Virus record (IMG/VR): IMGVR_UViG_3300005805_000058
Coordinates: 26,269 to 90,268 of that record
DNA from: a virus
Direction: 5' to 3' (one strand)
Length of the DNA: 64,000 nucleotides
The notes beneath the pieces were generated by a model. It saw only the letters and a list, made by a program, of their open reading frames with translations, searched no databases and was not told the origin of the DNA. The position numbers and the translations under genes are program-made. Position 1 is the stretch's first letter. Each line of letters opens with the position of its first letter. Shown piece by piece: positions 41,001 to 48,761 of the stretch.

Positions 41001-41609
41001 ATGAAAATTACAAACATCCTGCTCTTAGCAATCATTGCTCTTTTGTTAGTGACCATCTTCCAATACAAGAAGATTAGGGATATAGAAGCTCTACCAACCA
41101 AGACAGACACTGTGGTGGAGATTATAGAGATACATGACACTATCAAAGCCCCTGGTAAAATCAAGTTTGTTAAAGGTGAGACAGATACACTGTGGCTCAC
41201 AGAGATTGAATACATGCCTGATCCAGACCATGAGAAACTCTTACGTCAATACATGGCTCTTGGTGCTAAACACTTTGCAAAGAACTCATTTGAAACTAGG
41301 TTTCCTGTAGGAGAATATGGCTCAGCTATCATCAGAGACACCATCATGGAGAACAAACTAGTAGGCAGTGGATTAGAACTGGATGTAATCTTTCCAACCA
41401 AAATTGTTACCGTTAGACATCCTGCTCCCCCTGTAAGTCAGGTGTACATAGGAACATCCCTCACTGGAGATAAGAAAGATTTCATCAACAGTGTGAACGT
41501 TGGAGCTCTGTATAAAGATAAGAAGGACAGAGTTTTTGGTGTTTCTGTAGGATATAATGGAGCTGGTCATCTTCAATATGGCATATCTTCATTTGTTAAA
41601 ATCAAGTAA
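41001..41609 (+). CDS. Membrane-anchored spanin-like lysis protein
   Basis: N-terminal TM/signal, TDT/HDT strand motifs and C-terminal amphipathic beta-strands; lies between the holin and the endolysin. Confidence 0.55.
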   Translation: MKITNILLLAIIALLLVTIFQYKKIRDIEALPTKTDTVVEIIEIHDTIKAPGKIKFVKGETDTLWLTEIEYMPDPDHEKLLRQYMALGAKHFAKNSFETRFPVGEYGSAIIRDTIMENKLVGSGLELDVIFPTKIVTVRHPAPPVSQVYIGTSLTGDKKDFINSVNVGALYKDKKDRVFGVSVGYNGAGHLQYGISSFVKIK

Positions 41610-41611
41610 AC

Positions 41612-42157
41612 ATGTCTAGAAAAATATTCCTTTCGGCTGGTCATGGTGGTACAGACAGTGGTGCTGTAGGTAATGGGTTCATTGAGAGAGATCTCACCAT
41701 TGATCTCAGAAACCATATAGCTAGAGAACTTAAAGCTCTGGGTATAGTGCCATCTATAGACAGTGATAGGAATGCTCTTTCTCAAACCCTTGCATGGTTA
41801 AGAGGGAAGTTTGCTAGCAAAGATATTCTACTAGACCTCCACTGGAACGCTTCATCAAATCCTGAAGCCAAAGGATCTGAGGTGATCATCCCAGACATAG
41901 CTTCACAGTTTGAAAAAGACCTTGCTAAGGCTCTCCTGAAGGTGTTTACAGAGTTGGGATTTAAAGACAGAGGAGTGAAGCCTGAGGCTTTGACAGCTAG
42001 AAAGAAGCTTGGGTGGATGAGACCTAACGCAGAAAACGTACTCATTGAGGTGTGTTTCATCAGCAACATTACAGACATGAAGCTTTATGAAGCCAACAAG
42101 AAGAACATTGCTAAAAGAATAGCCAACATATTAAACCAGTATAGTAAATTACCCTAA
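41612..42157 (+). CDS. Endolysin, N-acetylmuramoyl-L-alanine amidase (Amidase_3)
   Basis: Zinc-site motifs LSAGHGG.D.GA, IERD, DLHWNA and LIEVCFISN. Confidence 0.92.
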   Translation: MSRKIFLSAGHGGTDSGAVGNGFIERDLTIDLRNHIARELKALGIVPSIDSDRNALSQTLAWLRGKFASKDILLDLHWNASSNPEAKGSEVIIPDIASQFEKDLAKALLKVFTELGFKDRGVKPEALTARKKLGWMRPNAENVLIEVCFISNITDMKLYEANKKNIAKRIANILNQYSKLP

Positions 42158-42159
42158 CC

Positions 42160-42288
42160 ATGGCAAAAGCAAAAGTAGCAGGTGAGTCTAGAAAGCTCAC
42201 ATTTGGCAAACGTAAGAAGGGAAAAGCCCAGAAATCTAGAGGTCCGAAAGACAAGCACATAAAGAAGTATAGAGGACAGGGAAAATAA
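42160..42288 (+). CDS. 42-aa highly basic protein ending KKYRGQGK (not in ORF track)
   Basis: Translated by hand: MAKAKVAGESRKLTFGKRKKGKAQKSRGPKDKHIKKYRGQGK. Confidence 0.75.
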   Translation: MAKAKVAGESRKLTFGKRKKGKAQKSRGPKDKHIKKYRGQGK

Positions 42289-42340
42289 TCAATTTGATTA
42301 GAGTGGATTTAATTGACTTAGTTAACCAAATTTAACATAG

Positions 42341-42374
42341 GTCATTGATAATCAAAACTTATTGTATACATTTG
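42341..42374 (+). promoter_or_regulatory. GTCATTGATAATCA box plus -7 element TACATTTG
   Basis: Same layout as 15709-15741; 6 nt before the ATG at 42381. Confidence 0.6.
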
Positions 42375-42380
42375 TAAATT

Positions 42381-43091
42381 ATGCCAATACCATCAAAACA
42401 AATAGGCTGGAGCACACAGGATAATCTGTTGTGGCAGATCGCTAAGCAAATGGAGCAAACTGGTTGTCAGCTCTGTACGCTTAATGATAACATCCAAACT
42501 ATTACAGGTACTAGTGGTACATCTGGCAGCTCAGGAGTTTCTGGTACATCAGGAACCACTCCTACATTCCCTCTACCGTTAGTGTATGGGTTATTTGCTC
42601 AGACAGCTAACAGTACGCCTGTAACAGGCACTACAGTAGAAACATCAATTATCAATGGTGGTGTGGGCACTCTCACTGTAGGAGCTAACCAGTTTAGTGT
42701 TGGAGATAGCTTTAGAGGTGACTTTGGAGGGGTGTTGAGTGCTGCTAACAATCAAACTATTAGAGTTAAAATAAAGGCTGGGTCAGTGATTCTTGCAGAT
42801 AGTGGTAACCAAAACATTACAAACATCACAAATGATGTTTGGACATTGTCTATCAACTTTACCATTAGACAACTTGGTGCTGCTGGAGTGGCATCAATTG
42901 TTAGTTTAGGACACTTCAACTATGCAAAAACAGTGAACGCTGTTGTAGAAGGCTTTTCTTTTAATACAATTAACAGTACCACATTTGACACCACAATTAG
43001 TAACACACTAGATGTTACAGTGCAATGGGGTAGTAATAACGCTGGAAACAGTATATACAGCGATATATTTGTACTAAATAAAATATATTAA
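42381..43091 (+). CDS. Putative virion decoration protein: N-anchor, short GTS stalk, beta-rich C-domain
   Basis: IPSKQIGW...CQLC anchor, then GTSGTSGSSGVSGTSGTT, then a Thr/Asn/Gly-rich domain. Confidence 0.65.
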   Translation: MPIPSKQIGWSTQDNLLWQIAKQMEQTGCQLCTLNDNIQTITGTSGTSGSSGVSGTSGTTPTFPLPLVYGLFAQTANSTPVTGTTVETSIINGGVGTLTVGANQFSVGDSFRGDFGGVLSAANNQTIRVKIKAGSVILADSGNQNITNITNDVWTLSINFTIRQLGAAGVASIVSLGHFNYAKTVNAVVEGFSFNTINSTTFDTTISNTLDVTVQWGSNNAGNSIYSDIFVLNKIY

Positions 43092-43092
43092 A

Positions 43093-43245
43093 ATGGCAAT
43101 ACCAAGTAAACAGATAGGTTGGGGTACAACAGAGAACTTGTTATGGCAGATTGCAAAGCAACTGGAGGGCATCTCTTGTCAGCTTTGTGATTTGAATAAC
43201 AACTTCACCACCACAACCACCACTACAACTGTAGCTCCTGAATAA
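43093..43245 (+). CDS. 50-aa poly-Thr paralogue of the 42381 N-anchor (not in ORF track)
   Basis: Translated by hand: MAIPSKQIGWGTTENLLWQIAKQLEGISCQLCDLNNNFTTTTTTTTVAPE. Confidence 0.85.
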   Translation: MAIPSKQIGWGTTENLLWQIAKQLEGISCQLCDLNNNFTTTTTTTTVAPE

Positions 43246-43274
43246 GGAATAACAAAACCAACAAAACTACATAT

Positions 43275-44291
43275 ATGAAGGATCTTAAATTCATCTGTGC
43301 ACAGCCAGATGATACCTACTACACATGGCAAGTGCATCTTTGGTTAGAGAGTTTAAAGAACATAGGACATTCAGACAAAGCTATTATCCTGGTTTTCACT
43401 CCCTCCTTTAGAGAGAAGAACACTAAGTGGGATCAGATTGTCAGCCTCTATCCAGAAGCTGAGTTTGTGTTTTACAAAGATGAAGATAAGATTAGCAACC
43501 TACTAGGAATATATATTCCTGTCTTACGCCCTTATGTACTCATGAGGTATTTCAGAGACAACCCACAGATGGTTAGTAAGGCAGTGTTCTACTGTGACAG
43601 TGATATATTGTTTACAGAGAAGTTTGACCTAAGCCCATTCATAGATGATGATGTGTGCTATTTGTCAAACACGAACAGCTATATAAACGCTTCATATTTT
43701 GATAGTAAGATTAAAGATGTCAAGCCTGAAAAGCTTGATGTGTATAAAACAAGAGATGTTCTGGCTGAACTAACTAGTCTTGTGGGAATCACTAGACAAG
43801 TGGCAGAAGATAACAATGATCACTCTGGAGGAGCTCAATACTTGTTGAAGAACATAGGAGCTAGCTTCTGGGAAAAGGTGATTAACGATTGTCTTGTCAT
43901 CAGAACCTATCTAAGTAATATAAACAAGGAGTTTTTTGAAAGCGAGAGCAAAGGGTTTCAGTCATGGTGTGCAGATATGTGGGCTGTGTTATGGAACCTA
44001 TGGCTAAGAGATCAAGAGACAAAAGTGATTCCAGAACTGGAGTTTGCTTGGAGCTCAGACAGGATTGAGAAGCTTGAGAAAACAACCATCCTTCATAACG
44101 CAGGGATAGTTGCTAACACTCAGGGTGATATACCCACCTTCTACAAGGGCTTATATCACGCTGGTAAGGATCCTTTCTCAGATGCACATCTCACAGAGGT
44201 GTTGAATAATGAGAAGAGCAAGACGCTCTGTAATCATTACTACCTAACAAAGCTATTTGAAATTAAAAACAAATATAATTTAAACTATTAA
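43275..44291 (+). CDS. GT-A glycosyltransferase, possibly peptidyl-O-glycosyltransferase (SGT1/HPAT-like)
   Basis: DxD motif FYCDSDI. N-terminal C...YYTWQ and C-terminal WCADMWA recall the YxxWQ and WxxEMY motifs of plant SGT1/HPAT enzymes. Confidence 0.6.
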   Translation: MKDLKFICAQPDDTYYTWQVHLWLESLKNIGHSDKAIILVFTPSFREKNTKWDQIVSLYPEAEFVFYKDEDKISNLLGIYIPVLRPYVLMRYFRDNPQMVSKAVFYCDSDILFTEKFDLSPFIDDDVCYLSNTNSYINASYFDSKIKDVKPEKLDVYKTRDVLAELTSLVGITRQVAEDNNDHSGGAQYLLKNIGASFWEKVINDCLVIRTYLSNINKEFFESESKGFQSWCADMWAVLWNLWLRDQETKVIPELEFAWSSDRIEKLEKTTILHNAGIVANTQGDIPTFYKGLYHAGKDPFSDAHLTEVLNNEKSKTLCNHYYLTKLFEIKNKYNLNY

Positions 44292-44293
44292 TT

Positions 44294-44512
44294 ATGGCCA
44301 CAATTGACAAACGCCCTCTCAAAGCTTATGTACGCTTTGACGGTACTGGGAGAATCGTTCCCAGCAGCCTGATTTTAAGAAGAAAGAAGCCCAAGGTTGG
44401 TAATTGGGTGGAGATTCCAGCATATGAGTGCTGCAATCCTACCACTAGCACTACCACCACTGCAGCTCCTACCACCACAACAACAACCACCACTGAGGCT
44501 CCTCCTCTATAA
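44294..44512 (+). CDS. Small protein with ECC motif and poly-Thr tail (tandem paralogue 1)
   Basis: LKAYVRFDGTGR...KPKVGNW.EI.AYECCNPTTSTTTTAAPTTTTTTTEAPP. Confidence 0.85.
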   Translation: MATIDKRPLKAYVRFDGTGRIVPSSLILRRKKPKVGNWVEIPAYECCNPTTSTTTTAAPTTTTTTTTEAPPL

Positions 44513-44523
44513 ACTAATACTAT

Positions 44524-44739
44524 ATGGCAAGTAATAAAAGATTGTTAAAAGCATTTGTACGTTATGATGGTACAGGACGCTTAATCGCTGGTTCTCTCAT
44601 TCTTCAGGCTAAGAAGCCTAAGGTGGGTAACTGGCAGGAAATTGATGCTTATGAGTGTTGTAATCCTACAACATCTACAACAACTACAGCAGCTCCTACA
44701 ACTACCACCACTACAACCACAGAGCCTCCAATTATATAA
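44524..44739 (+). CDS. Small protein with ECC motif and poly-Thr tail (tandem paralogue 2)
   Basis: Closely similar protein to 44294-44512, with diverged synonymous codons. Confidence 0.85.
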   Translation: MASNKRLLKAFVRYDGTGRLIAGSLILQAKKPKVGNWQEIDAYECCNPTTSTTTTAAPTTTTTTTTEPPII

Positions 44740-44748
44740 ACTAACAAA

Positions 44749-45153
44749 ATGGCAAAATCATTATTCCCTCAGGAGATGTTGTCTAGTGGAGAGCTAGGGC
44801 TGGAAAGCATTGCTTCTAAGCTTACACACTTCCACGAGCAGTTACATCTATTACACTGGCAGACAACTAGTTACGCAGAGCACCAAGCTCTAGGAGGATT
44901 GTACGATTATGTACATGATTTCAAAGATGGTGTAATTGAGAAGCTTATGGGCTACACAGGCAAACGTCCTGGTGCTTATAAGATTGATCCTTTGGGAAAT
45001 AGTAATTCTACGGCTGTTGTAAGTGAACTAATGTCTTTCGCATCTAGCTTAAAGAGCTATGCTGAAAGCAATGGATATCATGATATATCAAACCTTGCTG
45101 ATGCTCTATCTGGAGAAGCAGCTAAAACTAAATATCTCTTAACCCTGTCCTAA
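44749..45153 (+). CDS. Ferritin/Dps-like protein (DUF5856-like)
   Basis: LHWQTTSYAEHQAL...D...E.LMG and terminal K..YLLTL. Confidence 0.75.
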   Translation: MAKSLFPQEMLSSGELGLESIASKLTHFHEQLHLLHWQTTSYAEHQALGGLYDYVHDFKDGVIEKLMGYTGKRPGAYKIDPLGNSNSTAVVSELMSFASSLKSYAESNGYHDISNLADALSGEAAKTKYLLTLS

Positions 45154-45440
45154 TGAAGTTATACAAAAGGTTCTTTCCTGCTGTTGTGCAAGATAATGAA
45201 CTGGCGTACTTTGCTCATTTACAGGGTGTAATAGATTCTGTGGATGAGCTTTCTATTTTGGAAGTGACTAAGAATCCTACATCATTGCATTTTAGACTAG
45301 CCCCTAGCTTGCCTAAATATAATGAGCTTCTATTGGAAGAGATATTAAAACTTCATAATATGTTGCAGATACAGCTCAGCCTCTCTAAGAGTATAAAGAG
45401 CTCAGCAACAATTGTTTTTGAAATAAATTTGGATAATTAA
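45153..45440 (+). CDS. Hypothetical protein
   Basis: TAATG-coupled ORF in the operon. Confidence 0.65.
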   Translation: MKLYKRFFPAVVQDNELAYFAHLQGVIDSVDELSILEVTKNPTSLHFRLAPSLPKYNELLLEEILKLHNMLQIQLSLSKSIKSSATIVFEINLDN

Positions 45441-45484
45441 ATTAATTTTCTCATCTTTGTAAGTAAACCAAAAAATAAAATAAA

Positions 45485-45760
45485 ATGGAAAAAGTAAATG
45501 AAACTCCTCAGGTAGCAGAAACTCCAACTTATGACCCAAACAAGAAGTACACATGGTCACCAGAAGATGCATTTGTATTGTCTGGTAATGAATTTGGTGT
45601 ATTATTGAACACTCTTCGTGCAATCCTTGGCACAGCTGAAGCTCAACGTGTTTTGCTTGCAGACAGAGCAAACAGTGTAATTGAGAATGCATTTGGTAGA
45701 GCTGTAGAAATGGGTGTTGCTAAAGAAGTGGTAGAAGAAGAACAAAACTCCTCTTTATAA
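45485..45760 (+). CDS. Hypothetical acidic protein
   Basis: A-rich leader; near-consensus promoter TTTG-N20-CATCTTTG at 45428-45459. Confidence 0.7.
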   Translation: MEKVNETPQVAETPTYDPNKKYTWSPEDAFVLSGNEFGVLLNTLRAILGTAEAQRVLLADRANSVIENAFGRAVEMGVAKEVVEEEQNSSL

Positions 45761-45927
45761 TGAAAAAAGAAATGATCAAACGTAAGGATGGTTCTATTTC
45801 ACAACGTGGTTTGTGGGATAACTTGAGGAGCAAAGCAGCTCAGAATAAGAAAACTGGTGCTAAACCTAAGGCTCCTACAAAAGCTATGTTAGCTCAGGAG
45901 AAAAAGATCAAAGCTAAAGGAAAATGA
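45760..45927 (+). CDS. 55-aa Lys-rich protein (not in ORF track)
   Basis: MKKEMIKRKDGSISQRGLWDNLRSKAAQNKKTGAKPKAPTKAMLAQEKKIKAKGK; TAATG and ATGA overlaps on both sides. Confidence 0.75.
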   Translation: MKKEMIKRKDGSISQRGLWDNLRSKAAQNKKTGAKPKAPTKAMLAQEKKIKAKGK

Positions 45928-46541
45928 CACTAGCTATTAGTAGTGAAAATAAACAGAAATACTTCTCTGAGAAACAAAAAGGAGGAGTTGTTTATAAAAT
46001 TACTAATGAGGTAGATGGTAAGTTCTATATAGGAAGTACAAACAATCTGATAAAAAGGTATTACACTCACATCCACGATATACGTTCTGGTAAAAACACA
46101 TGTGTAAAGTTAATCAGGGCAGTGAATAAACATGGAGAGAATAACTTTAAGTTTGAGATTGTTTGTGAATGTCCTACTGAGGAGATTCTTAAAACAGAAC
46201 AAGAGTACATAGACAATCTTAAGCCACATTACAATGTAGCTAAGATTGCTGGTAGTAATCTTGGGATAAAGAGAACTGAAGAGGTTAAGCGTAAGAAATC
46301 AGTTTCTCAAAAGGAGAATTGGAAAGATGAAGCTTATAGGAGTAAACACCTAGAAAACTTATCAAAGAACTGGAAAGCTGGTTCTAATCATAAACTGGCT
46401 AAACTTACAGAAGAACAGGTCATTGAGATTAAGAAACATCTAGTAAATGGTCTTCTTCCTAAACAGGTTGCAGATAGTTTAAAAGTAAGTTATCACTCTG
46501 TAAAAGACATTCACAGAGGAAAAACTTGGAAACATATTTAA
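45924..46541 (+). mobile_element. Free-standing GIY-YIG homing endonuclease
   Basis: GVVYKITN...FYIGST...R, then EQEYID...YN, a NUMOD3-like segment and a C-terminal KLTEEQV...HTH...GKTWKHI. Confidence 0.85.
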
Positions 46542-46558
46542 GTTTAAAAAAGAAATAA

Positions 46559-46909
46559 ATGGCAAAGGTTAAGAAAGCCCAAGCTGGCTTAAAGGCTTCT
46601 AACAAACGTGTAGGACCTATTGATCCTCAGGGTGCTTGGACAAAGGTGCAAGAAAGCACAATTGCTGGTAAGCGCACACCTGTTAGTCTTAAGAAGGACA
46701 AGGAACTAGGTGCTACATCTATGGCTAAGAGTGGTGGTAAGTGGATTCAGAAGGCTATTAAGAAGCCTGGAGCTCTACGTGCACAACTTGGTGCTAAGCC
46801 TGGTAAACCCATCCCTGCTGGTAAGCTTGCTAAAGCTGCTAAGGCTAAGGGTAAGTTGGGTCAGCGTGCACGTTTGGCAGTAACTTTAGGTAAAATGAAA
46901 AAGAAATAA
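46559..46909 (+). CDS. Lys/Ala-rich basic protein
   Basis: KWIQKAIKKPGALR...RARLAVTL domain after MAKSGGK. Confidence 0.8.
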   Translation: MAKVKKAQAGLKASNKRVGPIDPQGAWTKVQESTIAGKRTPVSLKKDKELGATSMAKSGGKWIQKAIKKPGALRAQLGAKPGKPIPAGKLAKAAKAKGKLGQRARLAVTLGKMKKK

Positions 46910-47322
46910 TGGCTTCTATCAAGAAACTCTTGAAGGATGCCCCTAGAATGCGCAACTCTATGCCCCGTAAGGCAATGAGAGGCGATTCTGTACCTGCCAT
47001 AAAAGGTGCTATCACTCCTGTTCCTAATGGTCCTCTTGTTAAAAAGAAAGGACCTTATGCAGGATCTACACTTAAAACTGGTGGTAAGGTGAAGGTGAAT
47101 GCTGGTGGTGAAAAACATGTAGTGTATAAAGCTACAAAGAAAACATCTAAAGCTAAACCTGGAGACATTATAGTGAACCATCCTACTAAAGACAAGGGTA
47201 AGTGGGACACTATCAACCTCACAAAAATTGGTAGAGCCAAGACAGTTAAACAGGGTGTGGCTTCTACAAAGAAATGGCACAGAGACAATCCTGATTATAA
47301 GTACAAAGGCAAAAAGAAATAG
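46909..47322 (+). CDS. Lys-rich basic protein
   Basis: TAATG-coupled ORF containing LKTGGK. Confidence 0.75.
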   Translation: MASIKKLLKDAPRMRNSMPRKAMRGDSVPAIKGAITPVPNGPLVKKKGPYAGSTLKTGGKVKVNAGGEKHVVYKATKKTSKAKPGDIIVNHPTKDKGKWDTINLTKIGRAKTVKQGVASTKKWHRDNPDYKYKGKKK

Positions 47323-47324
47323 CT

Positions 47325-47627
47325 ATGGCAACTGTTAAAAAAGTCATGAAAAGCGGTGGAAGCACACCAGCTTGGACTCGTTCTGAAGGTAAAGATCCAA
47401 AAGGTGGACTTAACCGTAAAGGTGTTGCCTCTTATAGAAGGGAAAATCCTGGATCTAAGCTTAAGATGGCAGTAACCACACCTCCTTCAAAACTTAAAAA
47501 AGGATCTAAGGCTGCCAAAAGAAGAAAAAGTTTTTGTGCGAGAATGTCAGGAGTTAAAGGTCCTATGAGAAAGCCTAATGGTAAACCAACTAGAAAAGCA
47601 TTAGCGTTAAGAAAATGGAATTGCTAA
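47325..47627 (+). CDS. Basic protein, DUF6321-like
   Basis: AWTRSEGK.P.GGLN.KG...RRKSFCARM.G...ALRKWNC. Confidence 0.75.
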   Translation: MATVKKVMKSGGSTPAWTRSEGKDPKGGLNRKGVASYRRENPGSKLKMAVTTPPSKLKKGSKAAKRRKSFCARMSGVKGPMRKPNGKPTRKALALRKWNC

Positions 47628-47646
47628 CAAATAAAACTTATATAAA

Positions 47647-48048
47647 ATGAGAGTTAAAAAAGCCCAAGCAGGCATAGCTAAAAAGAAAGCTGTTGTGGAT
47701 TCAGTGGACAGCGAAATGTTTCCTGGTAAGAAGGTTGCTATAAAAGATATTCGTAGAGGACCATACATCAGTGAAACTAAGAAGACTGTTGTTAAAAAGA
47801 AAATGAAAGATGGTGGTAAGTCATTCCCTGATTTGAACAAGGATGGTAAGATTACCAAAGCTGATATTCTTAAAGGTCGTGGTGTTATTAAGAACGGTGG
47901 TAAGTTGAAGAAGGCTAAGTCTGGTGCTGCTTTAAAGAAGCAAGCTGCTACAGCTATTGCCATGAAGAAAGCTGGTAAGTCACCTAAGAAGGCTATGGGT
48001 GGAATGAAGATGATGAAGGGTGGTGGTAAATGTAAATACGGTTGCTAA
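47647..48048 (+). CDS. Lys-rich basic protein with EF-hand-like loop
   Basis: FPDLNKDGKITKADILKGRG and repeated KxGG motifs. Confidence 0.75.
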   Translation: MRVKKAQAGIAKKKAVVDSVDSEMFPGKKVAIKDIRRGPYISETKKTVVKKKMKDGGKSFPDLNKDGKITKADILKGRGVIKNGGKLKKAKSGAALKKQAATAIAMKKAGKSPKKAMGGMKMMKGGGKCKYGC

Positions 48049-48185
48049 TGAAATCAGGAAAACCACAAAAGGCTCCTAAGGTGAAGAATCCTCGTCCGAA
48101 GGACAATTACATGAAGGAAGCTGATACAAAGCTGCGTCTTAAGAGTAAGATGTGGCCTATGAAACAAAAACGTCTATCAAAATAA
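48048..48185 (+). CDS. 45-aa basic protein (not in ORF track)
   Basis: MKSGKPQKAPKVKNPRPKDNYMKEADTKLRLKSKMWPMKQKRLSK; TAATG overlap; ends just before the terminator. Confidence 0.7.
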   Translation: MKSGKPQKAPKVKNPRPKDNYMKEADTKLRLKSKMWPMKQKRLSK

Positions 48186-48187
48186 AG

Positions 48188-48214
48188 AAAGCCCCTAATT
48201 ACAGGGGCTTTTTT
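48188..48214. terminator. Bidirectional intrinsic terminator at the convergence of the two gene blocks
   Basis: AAAGCCCCT-AATTAC-AGGGGCTTT followed by TTT, with an A-run on the other side. Confidence 0.9.
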
Positions 48215-48215
48215 A

Positions 48216-48758
48216 TTATACGTTCTTTATTCCCCAGAAATATAAATCCTGTGGCCATGTTGTTCCTTGAGCTGTCTCAAAGGAATATCTAGAGAACTGA
48301 TTCATATCAATTATATTAACAATGTCTTTCACTGTTAAATTCATATAATAATCATTGTCTAATGTAGATGTAAATGGACTATCCTTGGGAGTGGTTCTTC
48401 TTGTACCGTGTTCAGGTCTACCTGTTGTAGCACATGTAAACAACAGTAGTCCACCTGGCTTTAGTAGATCTATGGCATTCTGAATTGTCAAGTTCCAAAA
48501 CTCATCGTGCTCAAAGCATTCAGAAGAAATCACAACATCAAAAGGATTTGCATCCTTGTATTCATGTCCTCTACACACAACATCAACATTCCTACCTGCT
48601 CCTATATCCACTCCTACATAAGTGTAGTTGGTGAAGAGATATCTGTTGTTACCATTGATGTCTAATGATCCAATGTCTAACACTCTGCAGTTTTTAAACT
48701 TGTCAGGAAATCTATACCTGACAGCAGACATGTAGTTTTGTTGTTCTGGATGTGCCAT
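48216..48758 (-). CDS. Class I SAM methyltransferase (glycan-associated type)
   Basis: Motifs VLDIGSLDING, FDVVIS.ECFEHD and LLKPGG. Confidence 0.85.
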   Translation of the reverse strand: MAHPEQQNYMSAVRYRFPDKFKNCRVLDIGSLDINGNNRYLFTNYTYVGVDIGAGRNVDVVCRGHEYKDANPFDVVISSECFEHDEFWNLTIQNAIDLLKPGGLLLFTCATTGRPEHGTRRTTPKDSPFTSTLDNDYYMNLTVKDIVNIIDMNQFSRYSFETAQGTTWPQDLYFWGIKNV

Positions 48759-48761
48759 TTT

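Noticed and set aside
42289-42380. Possible tRNA or ncRNA in the intergenic gap
   Set aside because: AT-rich with no cloverleaf or T-loop motif; the promoter elements explain it.
44294-44739. Possible DGR template/variable repeat pair
   Set aside because: The differences are mostly synonymous and not adenine-specific, both copies are intact ORFs, and there is no reverse transcriptase in the window.
45924-46541. Group I intron around the GIY-YIG gene
   Set aside because: The neighbouring genes abut it directly and are complete, leaving no space for an intron core.
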